DNA from: Actinomycetota bacterium
GTDB taxonomy: Bacteria > Actinomycetota > Acidimicrobiia > Acidimicrobiales > VFJN01
Direction of reading: 5' to 3'
NCBI GenBank assembly: GCA_046744485.1
Contig: JBKPHE010000045.1
Coordinates: forward strand, 1-46,062
DNA length: 46,062 bases
Shown here: positions 18,487 through 29,001 of the stretch, piece by piece
Position numbering within the stretch: position 1 is the first letter of the stretch
How the letters are laid out: every line of letters begins with the position of its first letter
The notes under the pieces: generated by a model
The model's database searches: none
The model's input: only the letters and a program-made list of their open reading frames with translations
What the model was told of the DNA's origin: nothing
Translations under genes and position numbers: made by a program

Positions 18487-19574
18487 CACGGTTTCCGCGG
18501 GAACACGGTGCCGTCCATGAGCTTGCGGGCCGTGCGGATGATGCCGGCCCGCTCCACCACGGGGACACCGTCGACCAGCGCCAGGTCGACCGCGGCGTCG
18601 AACGTCCCAGTGGGGTGCTCGATGGTCACGACCCCTCCGTCGTCCCTGGCGTCGGCATTGCCGAGCTTGGCGACCTCGGCCGCCGGTCCCTCGGGAAGGA
18701 GAGCCGCAGTCGCCACTGTCACCGCCCCGAGCACCCCGATGGCATCGTGGCACCGGTGGGGGATGAACGTGCGGGTGGCGATTGCGCCGCCCGCCCGTGG
18801 CGCGGCCACGAGCGTCAGCTTCGGCACCGTCGTCGCCGCCACGTCGCCCAGGTTCATGAGCGGCCCCGCCGCCAGGCGGACCCGCTCGAGGGTCTCGCGC
18901 AGGGGGTCGTCGGCCTCGAGCTCGGCGCAGCTCTCATGGCCGGTGATGCCCAGGTCGCCGGCGCTTAGGACCACCACGGGCATGCCGTTGTCGATCAGCG
19001 TCACCGCGAGCCCTTCGACCTGGTCGACGGCCCGGCCCGTGGGGAGGAGCGCGCCGCAGGACGAGCCCGCGATCCCCTCGAAGTCCAGCCGAATGGGCGC
19101 GGCCGTGCCGGGAACGCCGGAGATCGACGCAGGGCCGTCGTAGCGGGGCCGACCCTCGGCGAGCGGCACTGTGGCGGTGGCCTGCCCGCCCGTGTTGACC
19201 ATGTGGATGCGGATGGCGGCCGTGTCGCCGGCCGGCTGGGCCACCAGATCGCGCTCGAGCGCGAACGGCGCGACGCCGGCGAGCAGGTTGCCGCAGTTCT
19301 GCCGGTCGGTGACCACGGCATCGTCGACGACCACCTGGAGGAAGTGGTAGTCGACGTCGGCCGTGTCCGCCGTGGCCGGCCCGACCACGGCGACCTTGCT
19401 CGTCAGGGGGTGCGCGCCGCCCATGCCGTCGATCTGCCGTGCGTCGGGCGATCCCATGATGCGGAGCAACAGGTCGTCGCGGTTGGCCTCGTCGGTGGGG
19501 AGGTCGTCGGCCAGGAAGTAGAGGCCTTTGGACGTCCCCCCTCGCATCACCATGCACCGGATCCCGTCGCGCAC
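18486..19574 (-). CDS. ligU: 4-oxalomesaconate tautomerase (PrpF/FldA family)
   Basis: 'MRGGTSKG', 'RQIDGMGGAHPLTSKVA', 'NCGN', 'HDAIGV', 'EHPTG', 'RTARKLMDG'; GTG start at 19574, likely leaderless. Confidence 0.9.
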   Translation of the reverse strand: MRDGIRCMVMRGGTSKGLYFLADDLPTDEANRDDLLLRIMGSPDARQIDGMGGAHPLTSKVAVVGPATADTADVDYHFLQVVVDDAVVTDRQNCGNLLAGVAPFALERDLVAQPAGDTAAIRIHMVNTGGQATATVPLAEGRPRYDGPASISGVPGTAAPIRLDFEGIAGSSCGALLPTGRAVDQVEGLAVTLIDNGMPVVVLSAGDLGITGHESCAELEADDPLRETLERVRLAAGPLMNLGDVAATTVPKLTLVAAPRAGGAIATRTFIPHRCHDAIGVLGAVTVATAALLPEGPAAEVAKLGNADARDDGGVVTIEHPTGTFDAAVDLALVDGVPVVERAGIIRTARKLMDGTVFPRKP

Positions 19575-19589
19575 GGCGCCAGTGTGCAC

Positions 19590-19613
19590 GATGTTCACAT
19601 AATTGTCGACAAT
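19590..19613. promoter_or_regulatory. Tandem operator (GATGTTCACATA + ATTGTCGACAAT) between ligU and the ABC/box operon
   Basis: Perfect palindrome ATTGTCGACAAT at 19602-19613 plus an adjacent partial copy; weaker TTTGCGCGCAAT near 19648. Confidence 0.78.
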
Positions 19614-19697
19614 ATCGGCGCTCGCCGGGCTCAAGAGCTAGGGTTCCTTTGCGCGCAATCGTGGTGACGATCGCGTGTACCACGAAGGGGGGACGAC

Positions 19698-20945
19698 ATG
19701 AGCAGGGGACTGTCGAGGATCATCGGCGCTGCGGCCGTGTTCGCGCTGGTGGCCGGCGCCTGTGGCGACGATGACGATGACGACGCCGGGGCCCCGGGGG
19801 AGACAACCGAACAGGGCGAGGAACCATCGGGTGAGCCGATCACCATCGGCGTGGTCACGTCGCTCACCGGGCCGTTCACGCCGTGGGGGCTCCAGGTGCG
19901 AGACGGGATGCAGCTGGCCGTCGACGAGATCAACGCCGACGGCGGGGTGGACGGCCGGCCGCTCGAGCTGGAGGTTGCCGACGACCAGATGAGTCCCGAG
20001 GAGGGGGTGAGCGGCGTCGAGCGCCTCGTCGAGGCCGGCGCGGTGGCCATCGGCGGCGTCATCTCGAGCGACGTCGGCCTGGCGACGGCCCGCGTCGCCG
20101 AGGAGTCCGAGACGCCGCTGTTCCTGGTCAAGGCCGGGAACGAGCAGATCCTCACGCGAGACAGCCGCTACACCTTCCGCACCTGCCTGCCGGCGGCGCC
20201 GATGGTGGCCGGGCCGATCGCCCAGTTCGCCGAGGAGGAGGGGTTGACCAGGGTCGGCGCCATCATCGCCGACTACGGCTGGGGCCAGGCCTTCCGTGCC
20301 GCCGCCGAGGAGGAGTTCGGTGCCCTCGACGGCGTGGAGCTGCAGGTCGAGGTGGCGCCGGTCGACGAGACGGACTTCACGACGTACCTGCGCAACCTCG
20401 AGTCGTTCGACCCGGAGCTGCTCGTGGCGACCGGGCACCCGCCGGGCTCCGGTCCGATCACGGTGCAGTCGGCGGATCTCGGGCTCGACGTGCAGGTCAC
20501 GGGCGCCTACGCCGTGCTGTCGGAGGTGGTATCCGCGGCGGGCGACGCCGCCACCGGCCGCTACACCGACTTCGACTGCGCCGACTACGAGAGCGAGGAG
20601 TACCAGGACCTCGCCCGCCGCTACCTGGAGTCGTCCGACAACACGTTCATGGAGGATGACGCCGTCGCTGGTTTCGGGATCGTCACCATGGTCGCCCAAG
20701 CCGTCGAGGAGGTCGGCGACGACCCCACGGCGATCGCCGAGTACCTCCACGAGCAGACCTTCGACCTGCCGGGCTACCCCTTCGAGATGGGCTGGACCGA
20801 ATGGGGCGAGCTGGCCAGCGCCCAGCCGCTGTTCTCCGTGATTGGCGAGGGCCCGGCACCGGAGGGCGTCAACGATGGCGGAGACTGGTATCCGGAGACG
20901 CTGATCCGGCCCGACCCGCTGGAACCCTACGAGCCCTCTCAATGA
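19698..20945 (+). CDS. ABC transporter substrate-binding lipoprotein (LivJ/LivK-like, probably aromatic acids)
   Basis: Lipobox 'AGAC' plus Asp-rich linker; 'IGVVTSLTGP', 'AVDEINADGGVDGR', 'YTFR'. Confidence 0.88.
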   Translation: MSRGLSRIIGAAAVFALVAGACGDDDDDDAGAPGETTEQGEEPSGEPITIGVVTSLTGPFTPWGLQVRDGMQLAVDEINADGGVDGRPLELEVADDQMSPEEGVSGVERLVEAGAVAIGGVISSDVGLATARVAEESETPLFLVKAGNEQILTRDSRYTFRTCLPAAPMVAGPIAQFAEEEGLTRVGAIIADYGWGQAFRAAAEEEFGALDGVELQVEVAPVDETDFTTYLRNLESFDPELLVATGHPPGSGPITVQSADLGLDVQVTGAYAVLSEVVSAAGDAATGRYTDFDCADYESEEYQDLARRYLESSDNTFMEDDAVAGFGIVTMVAQAVEEVGDDPTAIAEYLHEQTFDLPGYPFEMGWTEWGELASAQPLFSVIGEGPAPEGVNDGGDWYPETLIRPDPLEPYEPSQ

Positions 20946-20967
20946 TGCTGCGACGGCCGGCGTTGCC

Positions 20968-21703
<736 letters not shown>

Positions 21704-21720
<17 letters not shown>

Positions 21721-22402
21721 GCTGTCGGCCGGCTATCTCGGCGAGAACGTCATCCACCAGGTCTCGTTCGCGGTAGCCGAGGGCGAGGCGGTCGCGGTCA
21801 TCGGCTCGAACGGCGCCGGCAAGACCACGCTGTTCCGCGCCGTGTGCGGGCTGCTGCGGCCGTCGCACGGGAGTGTCCGGCTCGACGGTCGGCCGATCAC
21901 CCGGCGCCGGGCCCACGACATCGCGAGGGGTGGGCTCGCTTACGTGCCGGCCGAGCGCCACCTGTTCCCCGAGATGACCGTGGCCGAGAACCTCGATCTG
22001 GGCGCCTTCCCCCGGCGGCCCCGCGCAGACCGCCGGGCGCTGGTCCTCGAGCTGTTCCCCCGCCTCGACGAGCGCCGTCGCCAGCGCGCCGCCACGCTCA
22101 GCGGCGGCGAGCAGCAGATGCTCGCCGTCGGCCGCGCGCTGATGTCGGAGCCGCGCGTCCTGCTGCTGGACGAACCGACCACGGGCCTGGCGCCGAAGCT
22201 CGCCGCCGACGCCTACGGCGCGCTCGAGCCGCGGCCCCGGCACGGGCTCACCATCCTCGTCGCCGAGCAGCAGGTGCCGCTGGCGCTCGGGTTCGCCGAC
22301 AGGGGCTACGTCCTCGAGGACGGCCGCATCCAGCTCCAGGGCAGCTCGGCCGAGCTCGCGGAGAACCCCGACGTCCAGCGCGCTTACCTGGGGGTCGCAT
22401 GA
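21704..22402 (+). CDS. ABC transporter ATPase (LivF-like)
   Basis: 'GSNGAGKTT', 'LSGGEQQM', 'LDEPTTGLAP', 'AYLG'; start 21698-21704 uncertain. Confidence 0.9.
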
Positions 22403-22427
22403 GCGAGCGTCGCGTGAGGGCGGTCGC

Positions 22428-23288
22428 GTGAGGGCGGTCATCTTCGACGGCGTCGTCCTCGGCCTCCAGTTCGGGCTGCTCGGCGTCGGCCTGACCCTGG
22501 TGTACGGCCTCGGGGGCGTGCTCAACCTGGCCCAGGGCCAGCTCGCCGTGCTCGGTGCCATCGTGGCCGCCCTGAGGATCGACTCCGGAAGTGCCGCCAT
22601 TCCCGCGGTGCTCACGGGACTTGCCGTGGCCGGGCTCGTGGGGCTGGCGCTCGACCTCACGCTGATGCGCCCCGTGTACCGCCGCACCGGCGAGGACCGC
22701 GTGCTGCTCGGCCTGCTGCTCATGCTCGGCGTGGCGTTCATCATCGACGGCGTGCTCGTGTGGCGCTACCCGATCGAGGCGCTGACGCTACGGATCGGCG
22801 GAGACCCCGTCGACATCCTGGGGGTGAGGATGCGCACGGGGTCGCTGCTGGCGTCGGCGATCGCCCTGGCGGTGGGGGCGATTCTCGTTGTCTTCCTGCG
22901 CTACGCCATGGCTGGCAAGGCCGTGCGCTCCGTGATCCAGGACGAGGAGGGCGCCCAGCTCTGTGGCGTGAGCCCGGCGACCGTCCGCGCCTTCGTCTTC
23001 GCGCTGAGCGGTGTGCTGGCGGCGCTGGTCGCGGTGACCCGCTCGATGACATCGCCGGTCAACGTCAACGCCGGGATCGACTTCACGATCCTGGCCCTGA
23101 TCGTGGCCGTCGTCGGCGGGCTCGGCAGCGTGTCCGGGGCGTTCCTGGCCGGGATCTTGCTCGGGATCGTCAACACCGTGAGCGCCCACTACATCGGCAC
23201 GTACATCACGACGGTCGTGCTTCTGGGCGCGGCAGCGGTCACGATCGTGTTGCGCCCGTCGGGGCTGCTGGGCGCGGGGCGGGAGTGA
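22428..23288 (+). CDS. ABC transporter permease (LivH-like); 5' end disturbed by a 14-bp tandem duplication
   Basis: 'GLTLVYGLGGVLNLAQG', 'VVGGLGS', 'RPSGLLG'; original ATG probably 22399. Confidence 0.85.
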   Translation: MRAVIFDGVVLGLQFGLLGVGLTLVYGLGGVLNLAQGQLAVLGAIVAALRIDSGSAAIPAVLTGLAVAGLVGLALDLTLMRPVYRRTGEDRVLLGLLLMLGVAFIIDGVLVWRYPIEALTLRIGGDPVDILGVRMRTGSLLASAIALAVGAILVVFLRYAMAGKAVRSVIQDEEGAQLCGVSPATVRAFVFALSGVLAALVAVTRSMTSPVNVNAGIDFTILALIVAVVGGLGSVSGAFLAGILLGIVNTVSAHYIGTYITTVVLLGAAAVTIVLRPSGLLGAGRE

Positions 23289-24328
23289 CCCGCCGGGCGG
23301 CGACCGTGGGCAGGGTGGGCACCTCGGCGGTGCGCGCCTACGCACCCGTCGTGTTGGCCGGCGCCGTGACGGCGCTCCTGCCGCTGCGCTACGGCGACTC
23401 GCGGCCGATGATGGGCGTCGTCATCGGCGGTGTGCTGTTCGCCTGCTACGCCGTCGGGTTCAACCTCATCTTCGGGAGTACCGGCCAGCTCTTCCTGTGC
23501 ACGGGTGCCCTTGCGGGCCTCGGTGGGTATTCGTCGGCGATCCTGAGCGACCGGCACGGCCTCCCCATGGTGCTGACGATGCTGCTCGCCAGTCTCGTGG
23601 CGGCCGTCGCCGGTGGGCTGTTGAGCTGGATTGCGGTGAGCCGATCGCTGGGCGTGATCTTCACCGGCATCGTGACCCTGGCGTTCGCCCTGTCGTTCCA
23701 GAACCTGCTGCTCGGTCAGCGCGACCTCACCGGCGGCGAGACCGGGCTGGTGGTAGAGGCCGGATCGGACACCTTGCTCGGTGAACAGGTGGCGCCGTTC
23801 TACGTGTTCGTCGCGCTCCTCACCGCTTACCTGGCCCTGTTCCGGTCGCTGCAGCGGTCGCACGTCGGATGGGCGTTCCGCGCCCTGCGTGACGACGAGA
23901 TCGCAGCCGAGCTGGCCGGGGTCGACGTCAAGAAGTATCGGGTCCTGGCGGGCACGCTGGGCTCGGGGATGATCGGGCTCGCCGGGGCGCTCTACGCCCA
24001 CAGCGAGGGCTTCATCAGCCCGTCGACGTTCAGCTTCGGCGAGGTCGACGTGCTCGTCATCGTCATGCTCGCGTTCGGCGGCATCGGCAGCCTGCTCGGC
24101 CCGGTGGTCGGCGCCGCCGCATTCACCGTCCTCGAGGAGTGGATGGACTCGTTCAACGAGTACCGGCTGATCATCTACGGGTCGGTGATCCTGGTCCTGT
24201 TCCTCGTGCTGCCGCGCGGCGTCGTTCCAACCGTGCAGGGGCTGGTCGAGCGCATGCGCCGGCGGTGGGCCCGGCGCGTCCCGGCCCCCGCAGCCCGTCC
24301 CCCCGTCGATACCCTCACCCCCAGATGA
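23285..24328 (+). CDS. ABC transporter permease (LivM-like)
   Basis: 'NLIFGSTGQ', 'TGGETG', 'ALRDDEIAA..GV', 'GGIGSLLGPVVGA', 'PRGV'. Confidence 0.88.
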   Translation: MTRRAATVGRVGTSAVRAYAPVVLAGAVTALLPLRYGDSRPMMGVVIGGVLFACYAVGFNLIFGSTGQLFLCTGALAGLGGYSSAILSDRHGLPMVLTMLLASLVAAVAGGLLSWIAVSRSLGVIFTGIVTLAFALSFQNLLLGQRDLTGGETGLVVEAGSDTLLGEQVAPFYVFVALLTAYLALFRSLQRSHVGWAFRALRDDEIAAELAGVDVKKYRVLAGTLGSGMIGLAGALYAHSEGFISPSTFSFGEVDVLVIVMLAFGGIGSLLGPVVGAAAFTVLEEWMDSFNEYRLIIYGSVILVLFLVLPRGVVPTVQGLVERMRRRWARRVPAPAARPPVDTLTPR

Positions 24329-25980
24329 CGATCGAGCTCCGGACCGATCCGTCCTCGTACCGGCACTGGGAGCTGTCGGTCGACGGGCCGGTGGCGACGC
24401 TCACCATGCGGGTCACGCCCGATGCCGGCCTGCGCGACGACTACCAGCTCAAGCTCAACAGCTACGACCTCGGCGTCGACATCGAGCTGCACGACGCCGT
24501 CCAGCGGCTGCGCTTCGAGCATCCCGAGGTCAAGGCGGTGGTGCTCACCGGCGGGCTCGACAAGGTCTTCTGCTCGGGTGCGAACATCCAGATGCTGGCG
24601 GGGTCGACACACGCCGACAAGGTGAACTTCTGCAAGTTCACCAACGAGACGCGCAACGCCATCGAGGACGCCACCGCCCACTCGGGCCAGACATGGATCG
24701 CGGCGGTCAACGGCACCGCTGCGGGCGGTGGCTACGAGCTGGCCCTGGCGTGCGACGAGATCCTGCTCGTCGACGACCGGTCCTCGGCCGTGTCGCTGCC
24801 CGAGGTGCCGCTCCTGGCGGTGCTGCCCGGCACGGGCGGGCTGACGCGGTTGGTCGACAAGCGCGGCGTGCGGCGCGACCGGGCCGACGTGTTCGCCACC
24901 CGGGCCGAGGGCATGAAGGGTCGGCAGGTGGAGACGTGGGGACTGGTCGACGCCGTCGTGCCACGGAGCCGTTTCGACGAGGCGGTGCAGGAACGGGCGC
25001 GGGCGCGCGCCGCCACATCCGACCGCCCGGATGGCGGGCCCGGGGTGCCGCTGGTGCCCCTCGGGAGCGAGCTCGACGGTGACCGGCTGCGCTACAGCAC
25101 GGTGTCCGTGCGCATCGACCGGGGGCTGGGCGCAGCGTTCGTCACGGTCCACGCGCCGACCGGATCCGAGCCGTCCGATCCCGCCGGCCTGCTCGCCGCC
25201 GGATCCTCGGCCTGGGTGCTGTCGGTCGTCCGAGAGCTCGACGACGCCATCCTGCGGCTCCGGTTCGACGAGCCTGAGGTCGGCACGTGGGTGCTGCGCA
25301 CCGAGGGCTCCCCGGCCCACGTCGTCGCCGCCGAGGAGCCGTTGGCCACCGAGCCCTCCGAGCATTGGCTGGCCCGGGAGATTCGCCTGTTCTGGTGCCG
25401 CACCCTCAAGCGCCTCGACCTGTCCGCCCGGACGCTGGTGGCGCTGGTCGAGCCCGGTAGCTGCTTCGCCGGGTTGCTCGCTGAGCTCGTCCTCGCCGCC
25501 GACCGGTCGTTCATGCTCGATGGCACGCAGCCGGACAGCGACCTGCCGGCTCCGCACCTCCGGCTGACGCCGGCGAACGATGGCTGGTTCCCCACCTCCA
25601 ACGGGCTCAGCCGCCTCGCCACCAGGTTCTGGGGGGACGACGAGGCCCTCGAGGCAGCTCGGGCACGGATCGGCAAGGACTTGGTCGCAGCCGAGGCCGC
25701 CGATGCCGGCCTGGTGACGTTCACGCCCGACGAGATCGACTGGGACGAGGAGGTGCGGCTCACGCTCGAGGAGCGCGCGGCCTTCTCGCCCGACGCCCTC
25801 ACCGGCATGGAGGCCAACCTTCGCTTCGCCGGGCCCGAAACCATGGAGACCAAGATCTTCGGCCGGTTGTCCGCCTGGCAGAACTGGATCTTCCAACGCC
25901 CCAACGCCGTCGGCAGTGAAGGTGCCCTGCGGCGCTTCGGCACGGGCTCGCGGCCGTCCTACGATCGGACAAGAACATGA
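24325..25980 (+). CDS. boxC: 2,3-epoxybenzoyl-CoA dihydrolase
   Basis: 'KLNSYDLGVDIELHDAVQRLRFEHPEV', 'NFCKFTNETRN', 'PDALTGMEANLRF..ETMETKIFGRLSAWQNWIFQRPNA'. Confidence 0.95.
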   Translation: MTIELRTDPSSYRHWELSVDGPVATLTMRVTPDAGLRDDYQLKLNSYDLGVDIELHDAVQRLRFEHPEVKAVVLTGGLDKVFCSGANIQMLAGSTHADKVNFCKFTNETRNAIEDATAHSGQTWIAAVNGTAAGGGYELALACDEILLVDDRSSAVSLPEVPLLAVLPGTGGLTRLVDKRGVRRDRADVFATRAEGMKGRQVETWGLVDAVVPRSRFDEAVQERARARAATSDRPDGGPGVPLVPLGSELDGDRLRYSTVSVRIDRGLGAAFVTVHAPTGSEPSDPAGLLAAGSSAWVLSVVRELDDAILRLRFDEPEVGTWVLRTEGSPAHVVAAEEPLATEPSEHWLAREIRLFWCRTLKRLDLSARTLVALVEPGSCFAGLLAELVLAADRSFMLDGTQPDSDLPAPHLRLTPANDGWFPTSNGLSRLATRFWGDDEALEAARARIGKDLVAAEAADAGLVTFTPDEIDWDEEVRLTLEERAAFSPDALTGMEANLRFAGPETMETKIFGRLSAWQNWIFQRPNAVGSEGALRRFGTGSRPSYDRTRT

Positions 25981-25989
25981 GGTGCCCTC

Positions 25990-27399
25990 ATGACCGTCGT
26001 CGACATCGACGCCGCGATCCCGAACAACGTTGATCTCGCCGGTGACCGCCGTCTCCGACGGGCTCTCGAGTCGTGGCAGCCGCGCTTCATCGAGTGGTGG
26101 AAGGAGCTCGGGCCGGTTGCCTTCCAGGACCACGACGTGTACCTCCGCACCGCCATCGCCGTCGGCCAGGAGGGTTGGGCCAACTTCGACTACGTCAAGA
26201 TGCCGGACTATCGCTGGGGCATCTTCCTCGCCGACCCGGAGGCCGATCGCCGCATCGGCTTCGGTGACCACCGCGGCGGGCCGGTGTGGCAGGAGGTGCC
26301 CGGTGAGCACCGGGCCGACCTACGCCGGCTGGTCGTCGTCCAGGGCGACACGGAGCCGGCCTCGGTGGAGCAGCAGCGTGCGTTGTGCCTGACGGCGCCG
26401 AGCCTCTACGACCTGCGCAACCTCTTCCAGGTCAACGTCGAGGAGGGCCGTCACCTCTGGGCCATGGTGTACCTGCTGCACCGCCACTTCGGGCGCGACG
26501 GCCGGGATGAGGCCGACGAGATGCTGGAGCGCCACGCCGGCGACGAGGACAACCCGCGCATCCTGGGGGCGTTCAACGAGCCGACGCCCGATTGGCTGTC
26601 GTACTTCTTCTTCACCTACTTCACGGACCGCGACGGGAAGTTCCAGCTCGCCTCGCTGCGCGAGAGCGGTTTCGAACCGCTGGCGCGGACCTGCGACTTC
26701 ATGCTCAAGGAGGAGGCGCATCACATGTTCGTGGGCGCCACCGGCGTGGGGCGCGTGGTGGAGCGCACGGTCGAGCTGATGCGCCAGCACGACACCGACG
26801 ACGTCCGGCCCCACGGCGGGATCGACGTCGCCACGCTGCAGCGCTACCTCAACCTGCACTACAGCGTCTCGCTGGACCTGTTCGGCGCGGAGACGTCGAC
26901 CAACGCGGCCAACTACTACGCCGCCGGGCTCAAGGGCCGCTTCCGGGAGGCCGCGCGCGACGACGACCATCGGTTGCTCGACGCCACCCGCGCCGTGCCG
27001 TGCGTGGTCGGCGGGCGCCTCGGCGAACGGGAGGCGCCGGCGCTCGCCGCCCTCAACGAGACCCTTCGCGACGACTACGTCGCCGACTGCCGGAAGGGTG
27101 TCGAGCGGTGGAACCGGGTCTTGGCCGAGGTCGGGTGCGAGCTCGTGCTGCCCCACGTCGGCTTCCACCGGGCGGTCGGCGAGTTCGCCTCGCATCGCGT
27201 GAGCCCCGACGGCCGGATGCTCACCGAGGACGAGTGGTCCGCCTGTGCTCCGGGCTGGTTGCCGACCGACGACGACCGCGCCCACGTCGAGTCGCTCATG
27301 GTCGGCGTCCACGAGGCGGGGAAGATGGCGAGCTGGATCGCGGCGCCGTCGGCGGGCATCCACCAGAAGCCGGTGGACTACGACTACGTGCGGATGTGA
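25990..27399 (+). CDS. boxB: Benzoyl-CoA 2,3-epoxidase subunit (diiron)
   Basis: 'IPNNVDL', 'QGDTEPASVEQQ', 'NVEEGRHLWAM', 'TDRDGKFQL', 'EEAHH', 'DYDYVR'. Confidence 0.95.
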   Translation: MTVVDIDAAIPNNVDLAGDRRLRRALESWQPRFIEWWKELGPVAFQDHDVYLRTAIAVGQEGWANFDYVKMPDYRWGIFLADPEADRRIGFGDHRGGPVWQEVPGEHRADLRRLVVVQGDTEPASVEQQRALCLTAPSLYDLRNLFQVNVEEGRHLWAMVYLLHRHFGRDGRDEADEMLERHAGDEDNPRILGAFNEPTPDWLSYFFFTYFTDRDGKFQLASLRESGFEPLARTCDFMLKEEAHHMFVGATGVGRVVERTVELMRQHDTDDVRPHGGIDVATLQRYLNLHYSVSLDLFGAETSTNAANYYAAGLKGRFREAARDDDHRLLDATRAVPCVVGGRLGEREAPALAALNETLRDDYVADCRKGVERWNRVLAEVGCELVLPHVGFHRAVGEFASHRVSPDGRMLTEDEWSACAPGWLPTDDDRAHVESLMVGVHEAGKMASWIAAPSAGIHQKPVDYDYVRM

Positions 27400-27418
27400 C
27401 GCGTCCGGAGGGGGACAC

Positions 27419-28996
27419 ATGGGCCACTACAACGCCGCCGCATGGCTGCTCGATCGCCAGCTCGACGGTGGTCACGGCGACCGGACCGCGTACCGGATCG
27501 ACGGGCGCTCGGTCAGCTACGACGACCTGTGCGACGAGGTGTGGCGGGCCCAGAACGCCCTGCACGAGCTGGACGTCCGCCGGGGGGAGCGGGTGGCGCT
27601 GGTCGTCGACGACGAGCTGGCCTTCCCGGCCTGGTTCCTGGGTGCGCTGCGCGCCGGCGTGGTCCCGGTGCCCCTGTCGACCATGCTCACCACCGACGAG
27701 CTCGCGGCGATCGTCGCCGACGCCGGCGCGGGTGCCGTCGTGGTGTCGGCCGGCTACCGGGAGCACCTCGCCGCCATGGCGGCGGGGCCGTCGGAGCTCC
27801 GCAACGCGGTCGTGATCGGTGACCCGGCGGACGCGGGTGCGCTTCCGGTGCACGGCTGGTCGGCCTTCACCGACCGCTCCGAGGCGCCCGTGGCCCGGAC
27901 CGGGCCCGACTCGCCGGCGTTCTGGCTCTACAGCTCGGGGACCACGGGTTCGCCCAAGGGGGCGATGCACCGCCACGCCAGCCTGCAGGCCACGGCCGAG
28001 ACCTACGCCCGGTCGGTCCTCGAGATCGGGCCCGACGACCGCTGCCTGTCGGTGGCGAAGCTGTTCTTCGCGTACGGGCTCGGTAACTCCCTGACCTTCC
28101 CGCTCTCCGTGGGGGCGAGCGCCGTGCTCAACCCCCGACGTCCGACGCCGGCCGACGTGCTCGACCTGGTCCGGGACGAACGGCCCACCCTGTTCTTCGC
28201 CACCCCCGGCTTCGTCGCCGCGCTGCTCGACGCCGCGCCGGCCGACGACGCCTTCGCCTCGGTGCGGTCCACGGTCACCGCCGGCGAGGCGCTGCCGGCG
28301 GACCTGCACCGGCGGTTCCACGCCCGCTTCGGCCATCCCGTTCTCGACGGGATCGGCACGACGGAGGCGCTGCACATCTTCCTGTCCAACACCAAGGGCG
28401 CCGAGCGAGCCGGCACCAGTGGCACACCGGTTCCCGGCTACGAGGCCCGGCTCGTCGATGACACCGGCGGCGAGGTCACCGCACCCGACACGCCGGGGCA
28501 CCTCCAGGTGCGGGGGCCGTCGCTCGCCACCGGGTACTGGTGCCGCGACGCCGCCACGCGGGCCGCGTTCCTGGGGGAGTGGCTGGTAACGGGCGACGTC
28601 TACGGCCGGTCGGCCGACGGCTACTGGACGTTCCTCGGCCGCAACAACGACATGATCAAGGCCGGCGGCATCTGGGTGTCGCCCGCCGAGGTCGAGGGCG
28701 TCCTCGTCGAGCATCCCGACGTGCTCGAAGCCGCGGTGGTGGGCGGCCGGGACGCGGACGGGCTCGAGGTCACCGTCGCCTTCCTGGTCCCCCGCGCCGG
28801 GCACCACATCGACCCCGCCGGCGTCGACGCCCACTGCCGCGGCCGGATGGCGGCCTTCAAGCGCCCCCGCCGCATCGAGGTGGTCGACCAGCTCCCCAAG
28901 ACGGCCACCGGCAAGGTCAGGCGGTTCGCCCTGCGCGAGCGGCTGGCGGTCATCCGGCCCGGTGGGGCGTCCGTCATCGCCGGCGAGAGCGACTGA
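27419..28996 (+). CDS. Benzoate-CoA ligase family protein
   Basis: 'YNAA', 'AFWLYSSGTTGSPKG.MH', 'AKLFFAYGLGN', 'DGIGTTE.LHIFLSN', 'PKTATGK'. Confidence 0.92.
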   Translation: MGHYNAAAWLLDRQLDGGHGDRTAYRIDGRSVSYDDLCDEVWRAQNALHELDVRRGERVALVVDDELAFPAWFLGALRAGVVPVPLSTMLTTDELAAIVADAGAGAVVVSAGYREHLAAMAAGPSELRNAVVIGDPADAGALPVHGWSAFTDRSEAPVARTGPDSPAFWLYSSGTTGSPKGAMHRHASLQATAETYARSVLEIGPDDRCLSVAKLFFAYGLGNSLTFPLSVGASAVLNPRRPTPADVLDLVRDERPTLFFATPGFVAALLDAAPADDAFASVRSTVTAGEALPADLHRRFHARFGHPVLDGIGTTEALHIFLSNTKGAERAGTSGTPVPGYEARLVDDTGGEVTAPDTPGHLQVRGPSLATGYWCRDAATRAAFLGEWLVTGDVYGRSADGYWTFLGRNNDMIKAGGIWVSPAEVEGVLVEHPDVLEAAVVGGRDADGLEVTVAFLVPRAGHHIDPAGVDAHCRGRMAAFKRPRRIEVVDQLPKTATGKVRRFALRERLAVIRPGGASVIAGESD

Positions 28997-29001
28997 CCGC
29001 C

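Noticed and set aside
19765-19785. GAC/GAT trinucleotide runs (also ~40350-40365)
   Set aside because: They encode the Asp-rich linker after lipoprotein cysteines; not a contingency repeat
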